Virus record (IMG/VR): IMGVR_UViG_3300047548_000808
Length of the DNA stretch: 64,000 bases
Source of the DNA: an uncultured virus (IMG/VR IMGVR_UViG_3300047548_000808)
Taxonomy: Duplodnaviria > Heunggongvirae > Uroviricota > Caudoviricetes
Strand: one strand, 5' to 3'
Shown: one piece after another, positions 1-8,862 of the stretch
Position numbering within the stretch: position 1 is the first letter of the stretch
How the letters are laid out: every line of letters starts with the position of its first letter
Notes under the pieces: generated by a model
The model's database searches: none
What the model was told of the DNA's origin: nothing
Seen by the model: the letters and a program-made list of their open reading frames with translations, nothing else
Program-made: the position numbers and the translations under genes

Positions 1-28
1 GAAGCGTCGAGCTGCGTAATAAAATCCC

Positions 29-886
29 ATGAGCGAGTTTGACTTTGAACAACCTCGTGGGGCTGTAAAAAAGAAACCGTCTAACGTAAGGACGGTTTCC
101 TCTAACAAAGTACAGCTCACGAATAAAAACTCCGCTGTATCAAAACTTATAGCAAAGGTATCAGAATCATCTGCACGAGCAGAATTCACAGTACCAAACC
201 GATCCAAGCTAGACCAAAACAAACGCCTAGAAAGTACTCTAAAACTAGATAGACTAAAGAAAGAAACCGTAAACAAGGTTCTAGGGGGAAACAAACCAGT
301 AGGAGTTTCAGCAGAGACTCTTCAGCAGCACTTATTTCCAACTCCAGCTTGGCTAAAGTCTAGAAGCAAAGTTCGTATAGAACTATTCTTTACTATAGGC
401 CCAGATCGTTTGCTAGATGCGTATTCGCTACGTGCCCATATTCTACCAAATGATGCTTGGCACGCACGAGAAACAGTTCGTATTGATATAAAATCCTACG
501 ATCCTGCAGCATTTACAGCTATAGCTGCTGCAGTAAACGCAGCCTGTTATTTGTCTACTGCATGGACAAGACTAGAAGCTGGGACTTCTTGGTACCTAGT
601 ATTCAGGCATAGGTCAACAAACAAACCAAAGCTGCCATCGAATACTGGTATTAACCTAGAATACACGATAGAAGCTATCAGATCAAAGAGAGAATCAGAA
701 GAAGAATGGGAATGGTCTTTCTCCGCTGATTCACAAACTCTAGACGCCAAAGGAAAAGTAACTGGAGGTCGTCATAGGTCTGGCAAAGATCCACGCCAGA
801 TTCTTTTGATTGCTAAGCTACTACCATCAGCCACCTATAGACTAAAACCACCACCACGAATTCTACTAGACGCAGAAACGAAATGA
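29..886 (+). CDS. hypothetical protein
   Basis: 285-aa ORF coupled to the next gene (ATGA overlap); no motif recognised. Confidence 0.7.
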   Translation: MSEFDFEQPRGAVKKKPSNVRTVSSNKVQLTNKNSAVSKLIAKVSESSARAEFTVPNRSKLDQNKRLESTLKLDRLKKETVNKVLGGNKPVGVSAETLQQHLFPTPAWLKSRSKVRIELFFTIGPDRLLDAYSLRAHILPNDAWHARETVRIDIKSYDPAAFTAIAAAVNAACYLSTAWTRLEAGTSWYLVFRHRSTNKPKLPSNTGINLEYTIEAIRSKRESEEEWEWSFSADSQTLDAKGKVTGGRHRSGKDPRQILLIAKLLPSATYRLKPPPRILLDAETK

Positions 887-1497
887 AAACTCAGAAACTA
901 CTACCAATTCCAACAGGTCCAGTGACGGTTGCTTGCTCCGGTGGAGCCGATTCAGTAGCAGCAGCTTGCTTCATGAAATTTGAAGTGAAAGCAAATATTA
1001 CTTTGGCCTACGTTAACCACGGAACTGGATACTGTCTAGATGCGTTACGTACAGTTGAAGCACTGGCTGCTAAACTGGAATCTCCATTAGTTATTCTTGA
1101 AATAGATACATATGTTCCACCAAAAACTTCCAGGCAAGAACATTGGCGTAATCAGCGGTATAAATTACTGAACGGACTAAACACTCCGGTTATCCTTGGT
1201 CATCAATTGGACGATGCAGTAGAATCTTGGATTTTCAGTTCGTTGAACGGAACCACATCGTTAATTCCATATGCCCATGGTAATTGCGTGCGACCGTTTC
1301 TTACTGTACCAAAAACAGTTTTGCGAGAATACGCAGAATCGTTTGCCGTTCCCATTTTCGACTGCCCATCAAATTCGGATTTGTCATTCCGACGTAACTA
1401 TATTAGGCATGAACTGATGCCTCACGCTCTTGTGGTTAATCCAGGGCTTCATGCTATGGTTAGAGCAAAAATTCTCAGACGCGAGTTTAAAACGTAA
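883..1497 (+). CDS. tilS: tRNA(Ile)-lysidine synthetase-like PP-loop ATPase (catalytic domain only)
   Basis: PP-loop ACSGGADS, YVNHG, R..RY, LGHQLDDAVES, VRPFL, D.SN, RRNYIRHELMP motifs. Confidence 0.85.
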   Translation: MKTQKLLPIPTGPVTVACSGGADSVAAACFMKFEVKANITLAYVNHGTGYCLDALRTVEALAAKLESPLVILEIDTYVPPKTSRQEHWRNQRYKLLNGLNTPVILGHQLDDAVESWIFSSLNGTTSLIPYAHGNCVRPFLTVPKTVLREYAESFAVPIFDCPSNSDLSFRRNYIRHELMPHALVVNPGLHAMVRAKILRREFKT

Positions 1498-1499
1498 TA

Positions 1500-1820
1500 A
1501 TGGGCAGGCATACAGTACAAGCCACATGTTATGATCGTAGAGGTCGTAAGATAAGTGTGGCAACAAATTCATATTCAGTAACACATCCAGTGCAAGCGCA
1601 CTTTGCACGACTTGCAGGAGTTCCAGAAAAGGAGTTCCTTCATGCTGAGATTCGTGCTCTGCTGCGAGCTAAGGATAGAAAGGTACATTCAATTCACATT
1701 GAACGCTATCATAAGAATGGATCTACAGCACTAGCTCAACCTTGTCCTGCTTGCGCACTAGCTATATCGTCTTTTGGTGTGCAGTACGTGACGTATACAG
1801 AGGAAGAGCCTGCCACTTGA
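1500..1820 (+). CDS. cytidine/dCMP deaminase-like Zn-dependent deaminase
   Basis: HAE...PCPAC zinc-binding signature in a 106-aa ORF. Confidence 0.85.
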   Translation: MGRHTVQATCYDRRGRKISVATNSYSVTHPVQAHFARLAGVPEKEFLHAEIRALLRAKDRKVHSIHIERYHKNGSTALAQPCPACALAISSFGVQYVTYTEEEPAT

Positions 1821-1845
1821 CAGCCGATTCGATCTGTGGTACAAT
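1817..1845 (+). promoter_or_regulatory. sigma70-type early promoter, repeat copy 1
   Basis: TTGACA-17 nt-TACAAT with extended -10 TG; near-identical copies at 14749 and 18231. Confidence 0.85.
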
Positions 1846-1940
1846 AGACTAGGGGTGCAAAAGACGAATATGGCTCGCTTTCCGCCCCTGTTAATGAGCC
1901 TCAACTGGACAGCATCCAGCAATAACCGAAAGGACTAAGT

Positions 1941-2177
1941 ATGTCTGACGCTACTAGCTATCTTTTATCGAGCACTGAAAACGCTAAGATTTTATCTGAA
2001 TCAATAAAGCAGCTACGGGAAGGAAAAGCTTGTTCAAGAAATTTTGATGCTACTGACGCACTGGAGTCTAATAGAACGACTACGGTAGCTTCAGTAGCTT
2101 CAGTAGGCGATGAAACCTTCAAGCCTTATAAGCAAGAAGTTGACTCTCTTCTTGAGTCTAGTTCTCAAACTAAGTAA
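1941..2177 (+). CDS. small protein resembling the C-terminal toxin-binding region of YefM antitoxin
   Basis: TSYLLSSTENAKILSESIKQLREGK resembles YefM [25 protein letters not shown] (recalled); RBS AAAGGA upstream. Confidence 0.6.
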   Translation: MSDATSYLLSSTENAKILSESIKQLREGKACSRNFDATDALESNRTTTVASVASVGDETFKPYKQEVDSLLESSSQTK

Positions 2178-2207
2178 GTTTTACTACACAACCGAAAGGA
2201 AACAAAG

Positions 2208-2408
2208 ATGAACCCAACTAATCCTAAAGACGCAAACATTGAGTTTACGTTTACTCTAGCAGAAACTAATATGATTCTGCAAGCTCTATCCCAACGTCCC
2301 TACGTTGAAGTAGCAAACCTTATTCATAACATCCAACGAATCGCGCATGCAAAAGTAACTCCACAACCTAGCCATAACGATCCTAAGCTAGGCGAACTCG
2401 GTTCCTGA
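2208..2408 (+). CDS. small hypothetical phage protein
   Basis: 66-aa ORF with AAAGGA RBS. Confidence 0.7.
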   Translation: MNPTNPKDANIEFTFTLAETNMILQALSQRPYVEVANLIHNIQRIAHAKVTPQPSHNDPKLGELGS

Positions 2409-2501
2409 TAGAAGTCCGTTTCAGCAAGCTTTCTAACTCTGTTAACGATGTTGGAGCGACAATGCAAAACGCTCCGCGTCAATTCACCAAAGGAAATAAA
2501 C

Positions 2502-3290
2502 ATGTTCGCAGTCACCATCTCTACCCCCAAGTCGCTACGTGAAGTTCAAGGCACCCCCAAGATGATCAAGGGTTCTGAACATCTTCGCCAAGTAGGCGAT
2601 CTGATCGTAGATATTCAAGATATTGCCGTTGTTTGCAACGGTGGAACAACCTGGATTTCCACAGCCGTCCATAAGCAGTTCATCGCAGAATCGATCACTG
2701 AGCAGAAGGACGGTAAGCTTCTGCTAAAGCTGCAAGACGGTAGCCAAGCACTTCTAGTTCGCGGTATTCTTCCTTACGAAATCGCCAATCTAGCTGAAGG
2801 CGAAACTGAAGAAGTTCAGGAAGACACTGAGGAAGAAGACGAAACTCCGGTTAAGAAGAAGCCCGGCCGTCCTGCTGCAGCAGCTAAGAAGCCTGCCAAG
2901 AAGGTTGTGGAAGAGGACGAGGAAGAAGAGGAAGAACTAGAAGAGGAAGAGGAAGAGGAAGAACCTGCCCCTAAGCGCAAGCCGGGTCGCCCTGCAAAGG
3001 CAGCAGCTAAGCCGGTAGCAAAGAAGGCAACAAAGAAGGTTGTCGAAGAGGAAGAAGAGGAAGAAGATTTCTCTGACGAGGAAGAAGAAGAGGAAGAGGA
3101 AGAAGAAAAGCCTGTAAAGAAGACAGCTAAGAAGCCAGCTAAGAAGGTTGTCGAAGAGGATGAAGAAGAGGAAGACGAAGACTTCGCTGATGAGGAGGAG
3201 GAAGAAGAGCCCGCCCCCAAGAAGTCTGCTAAGAAGCCAGCCAAGAAGGCCAGCCTAGACGAAGACGCTGACGACGTTTGGGGCGATTAA
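2502..3290 (+). CDS. low-complexity protein with alternating poly-Glu and Lys/Ala/Pro blocks
   Basis: RBS AAGGAAATAAAC before ATG 2502; KKPGRP and KKPAKK repeats alternate with E-tracts; followed by a terminator. Confidence 0.8.
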   Translation: MFAVTISTPKSLREVQGTPKMIKGSEHLRQVGDLIVDIQDIAVVCNGGTTWISTAVHKQFIAESITEQKDGKLLLKLQDGSQALLVRGILPYEIANLAEGETEEVQEDTEEEDETPVKKKPGRPAAAAKKPAKKVVEEDEEEEEELEEEEEEEEPAPKRKPGRPAKAAAKPVAKKATKKVVEEEEEEEDFSDEEEEEEEEEEKPVKKTAKKPAKKVVEEDEEEEDEDFADEEEEEEPAPKKSAKKPAKKASLDEDADDVWGD

Positions 3291-3318
3291 TTCTCCAGCT
3301 TTCTATAGATAATTAAAC

Positions 3319-3350
3319 AAGAGCCTGGGTTAAACTAACCCAGGCTCTTT
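3319..3350 (+). terminator. intrinsic terminator
   Basis: AAGAGCCTGGGTT/AACCCAGGCTCTT hairpin followed by T. Confidence 0.75.
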
Positions 3351-3362
3351 AACCAAATAAAG

Positions 3363-3923
3363 GTGATTAAAATGGAACAAAATACTGGTCTGCTTCGCGC
3401 CCTTTCTAGCGGCAGCGCCCCTGCACAGACATCGGTTGTTCGGCGGGTTACCCCTCAAGCTGAAGCAATTGCTGCATTTGCTATGAACGAACCTGAGGAA
3501 GAAACTACCCCACTAGAACTGAATGCTACTGTAGTTAACGACGAACCTGAAGCTGAAGACGAACCGGAAGCTGAAGAGTTTTCAATTCCTGACTGCATCG
3601 AGCCAGTTCCTGATGGAAGCTACCAATCTGGTACACGCCTGGACATCAAGCTGTATAATGCAAACTGTCTATCCTGTACTTCGTTGAATCCGCAGGCAGA
3701 GAAGACCTATGCTGCTTGCCATCACACCAAGGGTAATCCATTTTGCCCTGCAAAGGATATCAAGTTGGCGTTCGTCGGCGAACAGGCTATCTTTGCTGAA
3801 CGTATCAAACGTGCAAAGGCAAATGGAGATAGGGACCGGGTGTTCAGTCTTCTAATGAAGCTGCAAGAAAAGGAACCTGAATTCCGTCATGCAGTTCTCC
3901 AGAAGATTGGTCTACTGGACTAA
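3363..3923 (+). CDS. hypothetical protein, possibly Zn-binding
   Basis: 186-aa ORF with CxxC...C...C pattern. Confidence 0.7.
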   Translation: MIKMEQNTGLLRALSSGSAPAQTSVVRRVTPQAEAIAAFAMNEPEEETTPLELNATVVNDEPEAEDEPEAEEFSIPDCIEPVPDGSYQSGTRLDIKLYNANCLSCTSLNPQAEKTYAACHHTKGNPFCPAKDIKLAFVGEQAIFAERIKRAKANGDRDRVFSLLMKLQEKEPEFRHAVLQKIGLLD

Positions 3924-4017
3924 TCTTACCAAGTAACTATACACGCATACCATATACCCTCGGATTAAAACCCGAGGGTGTTTCCACATTCTAGTCCCAA
4001 ATTTTACTGGAAAGTAA

Positions 4018-4731
4018 ATGACTGTATACAACAGCAAACCCGTTCTGCATTTCGCTTCCCACGGGAATTACCTGTTTCCTCTACGCCGTCAAGACTTCGA
4101 TGCTATTCGTAATAAGCATGTTACAGTATTCAAGATTCGTACTTCTGCTGCTGAGACACTAAAGAAGAATCTTCTGAAAGACTATAGATTTTCTGTGACG
4201 CCGTTCGCGTCAAAAGTCTTTCCTACTATTCTTCGAGATACACTGAAGACTTTATCGGAGGATAAAATCCGTATTGCAGTTAACGGAAATCGAGTTGATA
4301 TTCGTTACGTCGAAGAAGCAGCAGAAGAAGTAAATAAGCAGATCATTCGTTTCAACGATTTGCTCGGGCGTTTTTGCTTCAAATCCATGCGTGAGTCCAA
4401 GTTTCGTGATGGGATTCATTACGCACGCTTCGTGGTTAAGTTTGATATTTCTATCAACCCTTCTTCCTTCTATGGTGATCCGTGTTCAGAAGAAGCCGAA
4501 ACAGAAACTCTTATTACGCTATCTTCGTATGCTCGCGTGTCGTTGAAGAAAACGCGATCTACAGTATACGAAGGTAGAATGGCTTTTGCTATGATCTTTG
4601 AAGATCTGGTAGGAACAGAATGGCGTCAATCTTTCACTCGCTGCTTTGAAGCCCATTCTCTGAAGGAAGAAGAGTTGATTGCTGCGGCCAACTTCTTCCT
4701 TGGATTAACTAACATTCAGAAGGCCAAGTAA
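4018..4731 (+). CDS. hypothetical protein
   Basis: 237-aa ORF directly upstream of the topoisomerase B gene. Confidence 0.7.
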   Translation: MTVYNSKPVLHFASHGNYLFPLRRQDFDAIRNKHVTVFKIRTSAAETLKKNLLKDYRFSVTPFASKVFPTILRDTLKTLSEDKIRIAVNGNRVDIRYVEEAAEEVNKQIIRFNDLLGRFCFKSMRESKFRDGIHYARFVVKFDISINPSSFYGDPCSEEAETETLITLSSYARVSLKKTRSTVYEGRMAFAMIFEDLVGTEWRQSFTRCFEAHSLKEEELIAAANFFLGLTNIQKAK

Positions 4732-4732
4732 A

Positions 4733-7700
4733 ATGGCAACTAAGAAGTCTGCAGAATACGATGCCGATAGTGTAAAGCATCTTGGTTCCCGCGAGGCAGT
4801 TCAGCAAAAGACTGCAATGTACGCTGGTAGTACAGATGAGCATGGACTGTTCACCTGCCTACGTGAAACTACAGATAATATCATTGATGAAGCAATCAAT
4901 GGGTATTGTACAGAGGGTGAAGTAGTAGTATTCAAGGATCTAGAATACTGGGTACGAGATAATGGGCGAGGAATGCCTATTGGAATGATGACGGTTATTG
5001 ATTCTGTATCTAATCGGCCACACAAGATTCCTGCTATCCAAGCTATTACTTCTCTGCTACACGCTGGAGGTAAGCTGAACGACGAAGAGGATTCTGCGTA
5101 CAAGATTAGCCGTGGATGCTTCACTGGAAATACCAAAGTTCGTTTGCTTAATGGAAAAACGGTAACGTTCGCTAAGCTATACAAGCGCTGGCTGAAGAAC
5201 CAAACTCCAATAGATGTTCTTACATATGACCTGAAGAAGCACAAGCTGGTTCCAACCAAGATCAGCAATGTTATTCTGTCTAAGTATGTGACAGAAACAG
5301 TCACTGTGCATACGTCTAACGGTGGCAAGATTGAATGCACACCAGATCACAAGTTCTATACTAATACTGACGAAGGTAAAATTCGGCCGGTTCCTGCTGG
5401 AAAACTAGAAGTAGGTACTTCGCTGGTTACTACTTATATCAAAGAGGATATGTATGGGTATACCAGACAGACCTGTCTAGGAAAATGGGATTGGGTGCAT
5501 CGTATTGTTGGTTCGCGTATTGTGAATCGTGATATTGAAATGCACACAGAAATGGTTCATCACGAATCTAGGGTAAAAACTGATAATCGCCCAGTAAATC
5601 TAGAAGTAATTTCGCGGGCTAATCATACTAGAGAGCACCTAGAACATCTTGTTGAACATAGTCGCCAGAAGATTATGGAAACGCAGGCAGATCTCCGTGA
5701 AGACAACTCAGCTAGGTTTACCTCTCAAAATTCTACAGAATGGCATAAGGCTCAAGCTGCTCAGACTAAAGCAATTAATATTGCTGTGCGTATTATGCAC
5801 GCTGATAGTAACGGCCAACGAGACTTGACTAAAAAGATATACGAAAAAACCAGAATCGCCAACGAATTCTCCTGGGATACATGCGTAAAATGGTTTGGCG
5901 GAGAGGAAGCTTTTCTAGAAGCCGTTCGAGAAAACTACGAATATCTAGCTTCACGTATAAAGAAATCCTATATTGCTGAGGATAAGCTCTCCGGTAACTA
6001 TACTAAATACAACGTAGACCTAAAGAAAAACTCAGACACAGCACGAATTAATCGTTTCGCTGAGGCCCTCAATGTTTGTGCAGATCCAAGGACTGCTACT
6101 CCACGAGAGTTTAACGAGGCTAAGGGAGATTCAGTATTTGGAAGGTATGCCAAACTATGTGCTACGTCTTCATTGAAGAACTTAAAGTTACACGTACTGG
6201 ACGGAAAGCCCTTTAAGGAACTGCTTGATCTTAGCGCTGAAGATAAGCTACAGAGAATGATTATTGCAGAAGGAAAGGTTCGTACCAGGCAAAGTTTGGT
6301 AAAATCTTCCAATAAATTCATGGGCTCGTGCAAAGCGCGTGGCATCAAGGATCTTTTCTCTCCACGCGCTGTTAGTTTGTATACTGCAGCAGCAAAGGAT
6401 AAGAAAGTTGGCGCACAAACTTTCCTACTTAATTTGCACTTTCTCTCGATAGTTCACGGAGAAGAGGAAGAAATTAAGCAGGTCTATAATAACTACAATT
6501 GCAACGTAGTTAAGGTAGTACGTCGAAAGTATAATGAACAGATTCCTGTATTTGATTTGACTGTTGACAATCCAAGCCATTGTTTCTTTGTTGATACAGA
6601 GCACGACTGGAGAAATGCAGAAACTCATGTCCTAGTTTCGAATAGTCACGGAGTGGGGCAGAAGCTACCTAATTTCCTGTCCTTTAACTTTGAAGTCTTT
6701 ACTTTTTCTTCGCCAAAAGCCGGAACACCAAAGTACTGGCACTCGATCAAGTACACAAATGGTAAGCTTACTTCCGAGCTTGCAAAATGCCCTACCCCAG
6801 TTCATCCTGTAACTGGAAAGAAGGTTGATAAGGGCACAATCGTAAAATTCAAACTGAACCCAAAATTCTTCACAGCAAAGTCCTTTCCCCCCTCCCTTCT
6901 GCTAGAATACCTGCAGACCTCTAGTTATTTTACGCCAGGATTTACTTGGACGCTAACTGCGGCAGCTTCTGGTAAGACCAAAACTTATCACTCAGAGAAC
7001 GGTGCTCTGGACTATATTACAGAGTACAAGTCGAAGCTACCTAAGGTGGCTTCCATGAAGCCCAATAGTATTTTCATCTGTTCATCTCCCGTTATGGATG
7101 TAGCCGTTGATTTTACTACCGCAGAAGGAAATCACCTGAAGGGTTTCACAAATGGTCTGTTCAATGCAGAAGGTGGAGATCACGTAGACTCATTCTTTCG
7201 CTCACTACAGAAGTCATTGGAGCCATATAAAAAGAAGGGAAAGGACTTCACCCTAACAGAAATCAAGGAAGGTGTTCTTGGTATTGTAAACGCCAAGCTG
7301 GCGGCTCCTAAGTTCTCTTCGCAGGTGAAAGTAAAGCTTCAGGACGAGCGCGCAGCGGAACCCTTCCGTAAACTTCTGCAGGTAGAGTTAGACAAGTTTT
7401 TCAAGAAAAACAAAACGCTAGCTGAAGCAATTTGTGCACGGTGTGCCGAACTGAAGAACCTACGTTCCAAGTTTCTTGCTTCCAAGCAAGTTGTTATGGA
7501 GCTACGGAAGATTGCAAAGAAGGGTTTTCCAGTCAAAGCTTTAATGGCTCCAAAGTGCAAGGCTTCTGAGCGTGAGCTATACCTAGTAGAGGGTGACTCT
7601 GCTATGGGTGGTATCACTGGTGTTCGTAACGCACACTTTCAGGAAGTGTTCCCCCTGAAGGGCAAGATCATGAATGCCCACCGTGCTACATCCGCCAAGT

Positions 7701-8191
7701 TCTTCCAAAATGAAGAAGTGCTTAATATTCTTGCTATGATTGGATTTGATCCTAAGGCCGCAGATCCTTATTCAAATTTAAGAGTTAGCAAGTTAGTCTT
7801 TATGACCGATGCCGATGCAGACGGAAGCCATATTTCTGTTCTACTCCTCAGTATGGTCCATAAATATTTCCCAGAACTCATTGAACGAGGAATTATCTAT
7901 GTAGCAGAAGTACCAGAGTTTATGGCTATGGTAAAGGGAAAGCCAGTGTACGCAGACTCCAAGGACGATATGAAAAAGAAGCTGGAAGATCTAAAGTCTC
8001 CAAAGGCTAATGTATTCCACTTCAAGGGTCTAGGTGAAATGGAATCCGATGTTCTTGGAGCGGTAGGCATGAACCCTGCAACACGAATGCTTCGACAAAT
8101 CACACCAACAGACTCCCCTACGTATAATGAAGACTTTATTTCCATTGTTTCTGGTGACGCAGGCTCGCGTCGTACCCTTCTAGGCATTTAA
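4733..8191 (+). CDS. gyrB: type IIA topoisomerase subunit B (GyrB/ParE-like), intein-containing
   Basis: GHKL motifs E..DNIIDE, DNGRGMP, LHAGGK, HGVG; TOPRIM motifs LVEGDSA, PLKGKIMN, MTDADADGSHI, FKGLGEM. Confidence 0.92.
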   Translation: MATKKSAEYDADSVKHLGSREAVQQKTAMYAGSTDEHGLFTCLRETTDNIIDEAINGYCTEGEVVVFKDLEYWVRDNGRGMPIGMMTVIDSVSNRPHKIPAIQAITSLLHAGGKLNDEEDSAYKISRGCFTGNTKVRLLNGKTVTFAKLYKRWLKNQTPIDVLTYDLKKHKLVPTKISNVILSKYVTETVTVHTSNGGKIECTPDHKFYTNTDEGKIRPVPAGKLEVGTSLVTTYIKEDMYGYTRQTCLGKWDWVHRIVGSRIVNRDIEMHTEMVHHESRVKTDNRPVNLEVISRANHTREHLEHLVEHSRQKIMETQADLREDNSARFTSQNSTEWHKAQAAQTKAINIAVRIMHADSNGQRDLTKKIYEKTRIANEFSWDTCVKWFGGEEAFLEAVRENYEYLASRIKKSYIAEDKLSGNYTKYNVDLKKNSDTARINRFAEALNVCADPRTATPREFNEAKGDSVFGRYAKLCATSSLKNLKLHVLDGKPFKELLDLSAEDKLQRMIIAEGKVRTRQSLVKSSNKFMGSCKARGIKDLFSPRAVSLYTAAAKDKKVGAQTFLLNLHFLSIVHGEEEEIKQVYNNYNCNVVKVVRRKYNEQIPVFDLTVDNPSHCFFVDTEHDWRNAETHVLVSNSHGVGQKLPNFLSFNFEVFTFSSPKAGTPKYWHSIKYTNGKLTSELAKCPTPVHPVTGKKVDKGTIVKFKLNPKFFTAKSFPPSLLLEYLQTSSYFTPGFTWTLTAAASGKTKTYHSENGALDYITEYKSKLPKVASMKPNSIFICSSPVMDVAVDFTTAEGNHLKGFTNGLFNAEGGDHVDSFFRSLQKSLEPYKKKGKDFTLTEIKEGVLGIVNAKLAAPKFSSQVKVKLQDERAAEPFRKLLQVELDKFFKKNKTLAEAICARCAELKNLRSKFLASKQVVMELRKIAKKGFPVKALMAPKCKASERELYLVEGDSAMGGITGVRNAHFQEVFPLKGKIMNAHRATSAKFFQNEEVLNILAMIGFDPKAADPYSNLRVSKLVFMTDADADGSHISVLLLSMVHKYFPELIERGIIYVAEVPEFMAMVKGKPVYADSKDDMKKKLEDLKSPKANVFHFKGLGEMESDVLGAVGMNPATRMLRQITPTDSPTYNEDFISIVSGDAGSRRTLLGI
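5117..6643 (+). mobile_element. intein (509 aa) with HNH homing endonuclease in gyrB
   Basis: Starts CFTGNTKV, block B CTPDHKF, ends VFDLTV...VLVSN before Ser; removal restores ISRG-SHGVG; internal VHRIV...VHH...KTDNRPVNLEVIS...H HNH motif. Confidence 0.9.
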
Positions 8192-8232
8192 AAAATCGGG
8201 GGTCTAACAAACCCCCTTTCTACTCAAGTAAA

Positions 8233-8853
8233 ATGAATCACGTATTCACTCAGTCGCCTTCTACTCTCGGTTCAGTAGTTGTAGTTCGTGGTGGTAACCC
8301 AACTGCAATGCAACTACACGGAGGAACTAGCATCCCTGTTCGCATTGATGACGAATGGCTGGATCTTACTCTGGAGCAGCTAACTGAACCAGTATGGCGA
8401 AATAAGCAACTGTACGTAGTAACCTGGAATGGAACCAGTTTCAAGCTCTCAACTGCTTCTCATCCACATATTTCGTCTAATCCAAAGACTGCAGTTAAGT
8501 TGTCTTTGGCTAACGAGCAGAAAGTAATCTGTGGTCCGTCTACCAAGATTGCTGTAGTTTCAAACAAGTTCGATGCTCGCCTGGATATTCATCCTGCGGT
8601 TGCAAACTTTCGTTCGGCTTCAGCAGAGAATCTGAAGACAGGAGACAAGCTCCTTTCTCCAAAGGATCATGGTCATTTCCTGCCACGAGATGCGCTGGAG
8701 ATTATCGGCAAGAATAAACAGTTCGTAGTGGACATCGACAAGATCCGCGTAGCCAAAATCAAAGAAGACGAATACTGGCCTGCATATTCTATGCGAGTTC
8801 ACGACTACGAAAATCTCCTTCTGTCTGGTGGTATTGTAGTTCGCACAAACTAA
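8233..8853 (+). CDS. stand-alone degenerate Hint (intein-like) domain protein
   Basis: QLHGGTSIPV, VKLSLANEQKVICG, AENLKTGDKL and YSMRVHDYENLLLSGGIVVRTN-stop match Hint blocks A, B, F and G but lack Cys1, TxxH and the penultimate His. Confidence 0.65.
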   Translation: MNHVFTQSPSTLGSVVVVRGGNPTAMQLHGGTSIPVRIDDEWLDLTLEQLTEPVWRNKQLYVVTWNGTSFKLSTASHPHISSNPKTAVKLSLANEQKVICGPSTKIAVVSNKFDARLDIHPAVANFRSASAENLKTGDKLLSPKDHGHFLPRDALEIIGKNKQFVVDIDKIRVAKIKEDEYWPAYSMRVHDYENLLLSGGIVVRTN

Positions 8854-8862
8854 GGAAATAAA

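Noticed and set aside
2816..3244. Minus-strand poly-Ser ORF and many similar antisense ORFs (e.g. 14336-14659, 26696-27415, 51372-51782)
   Set aside because: Shadows of biased + strand genes; no RBS or protein motifs
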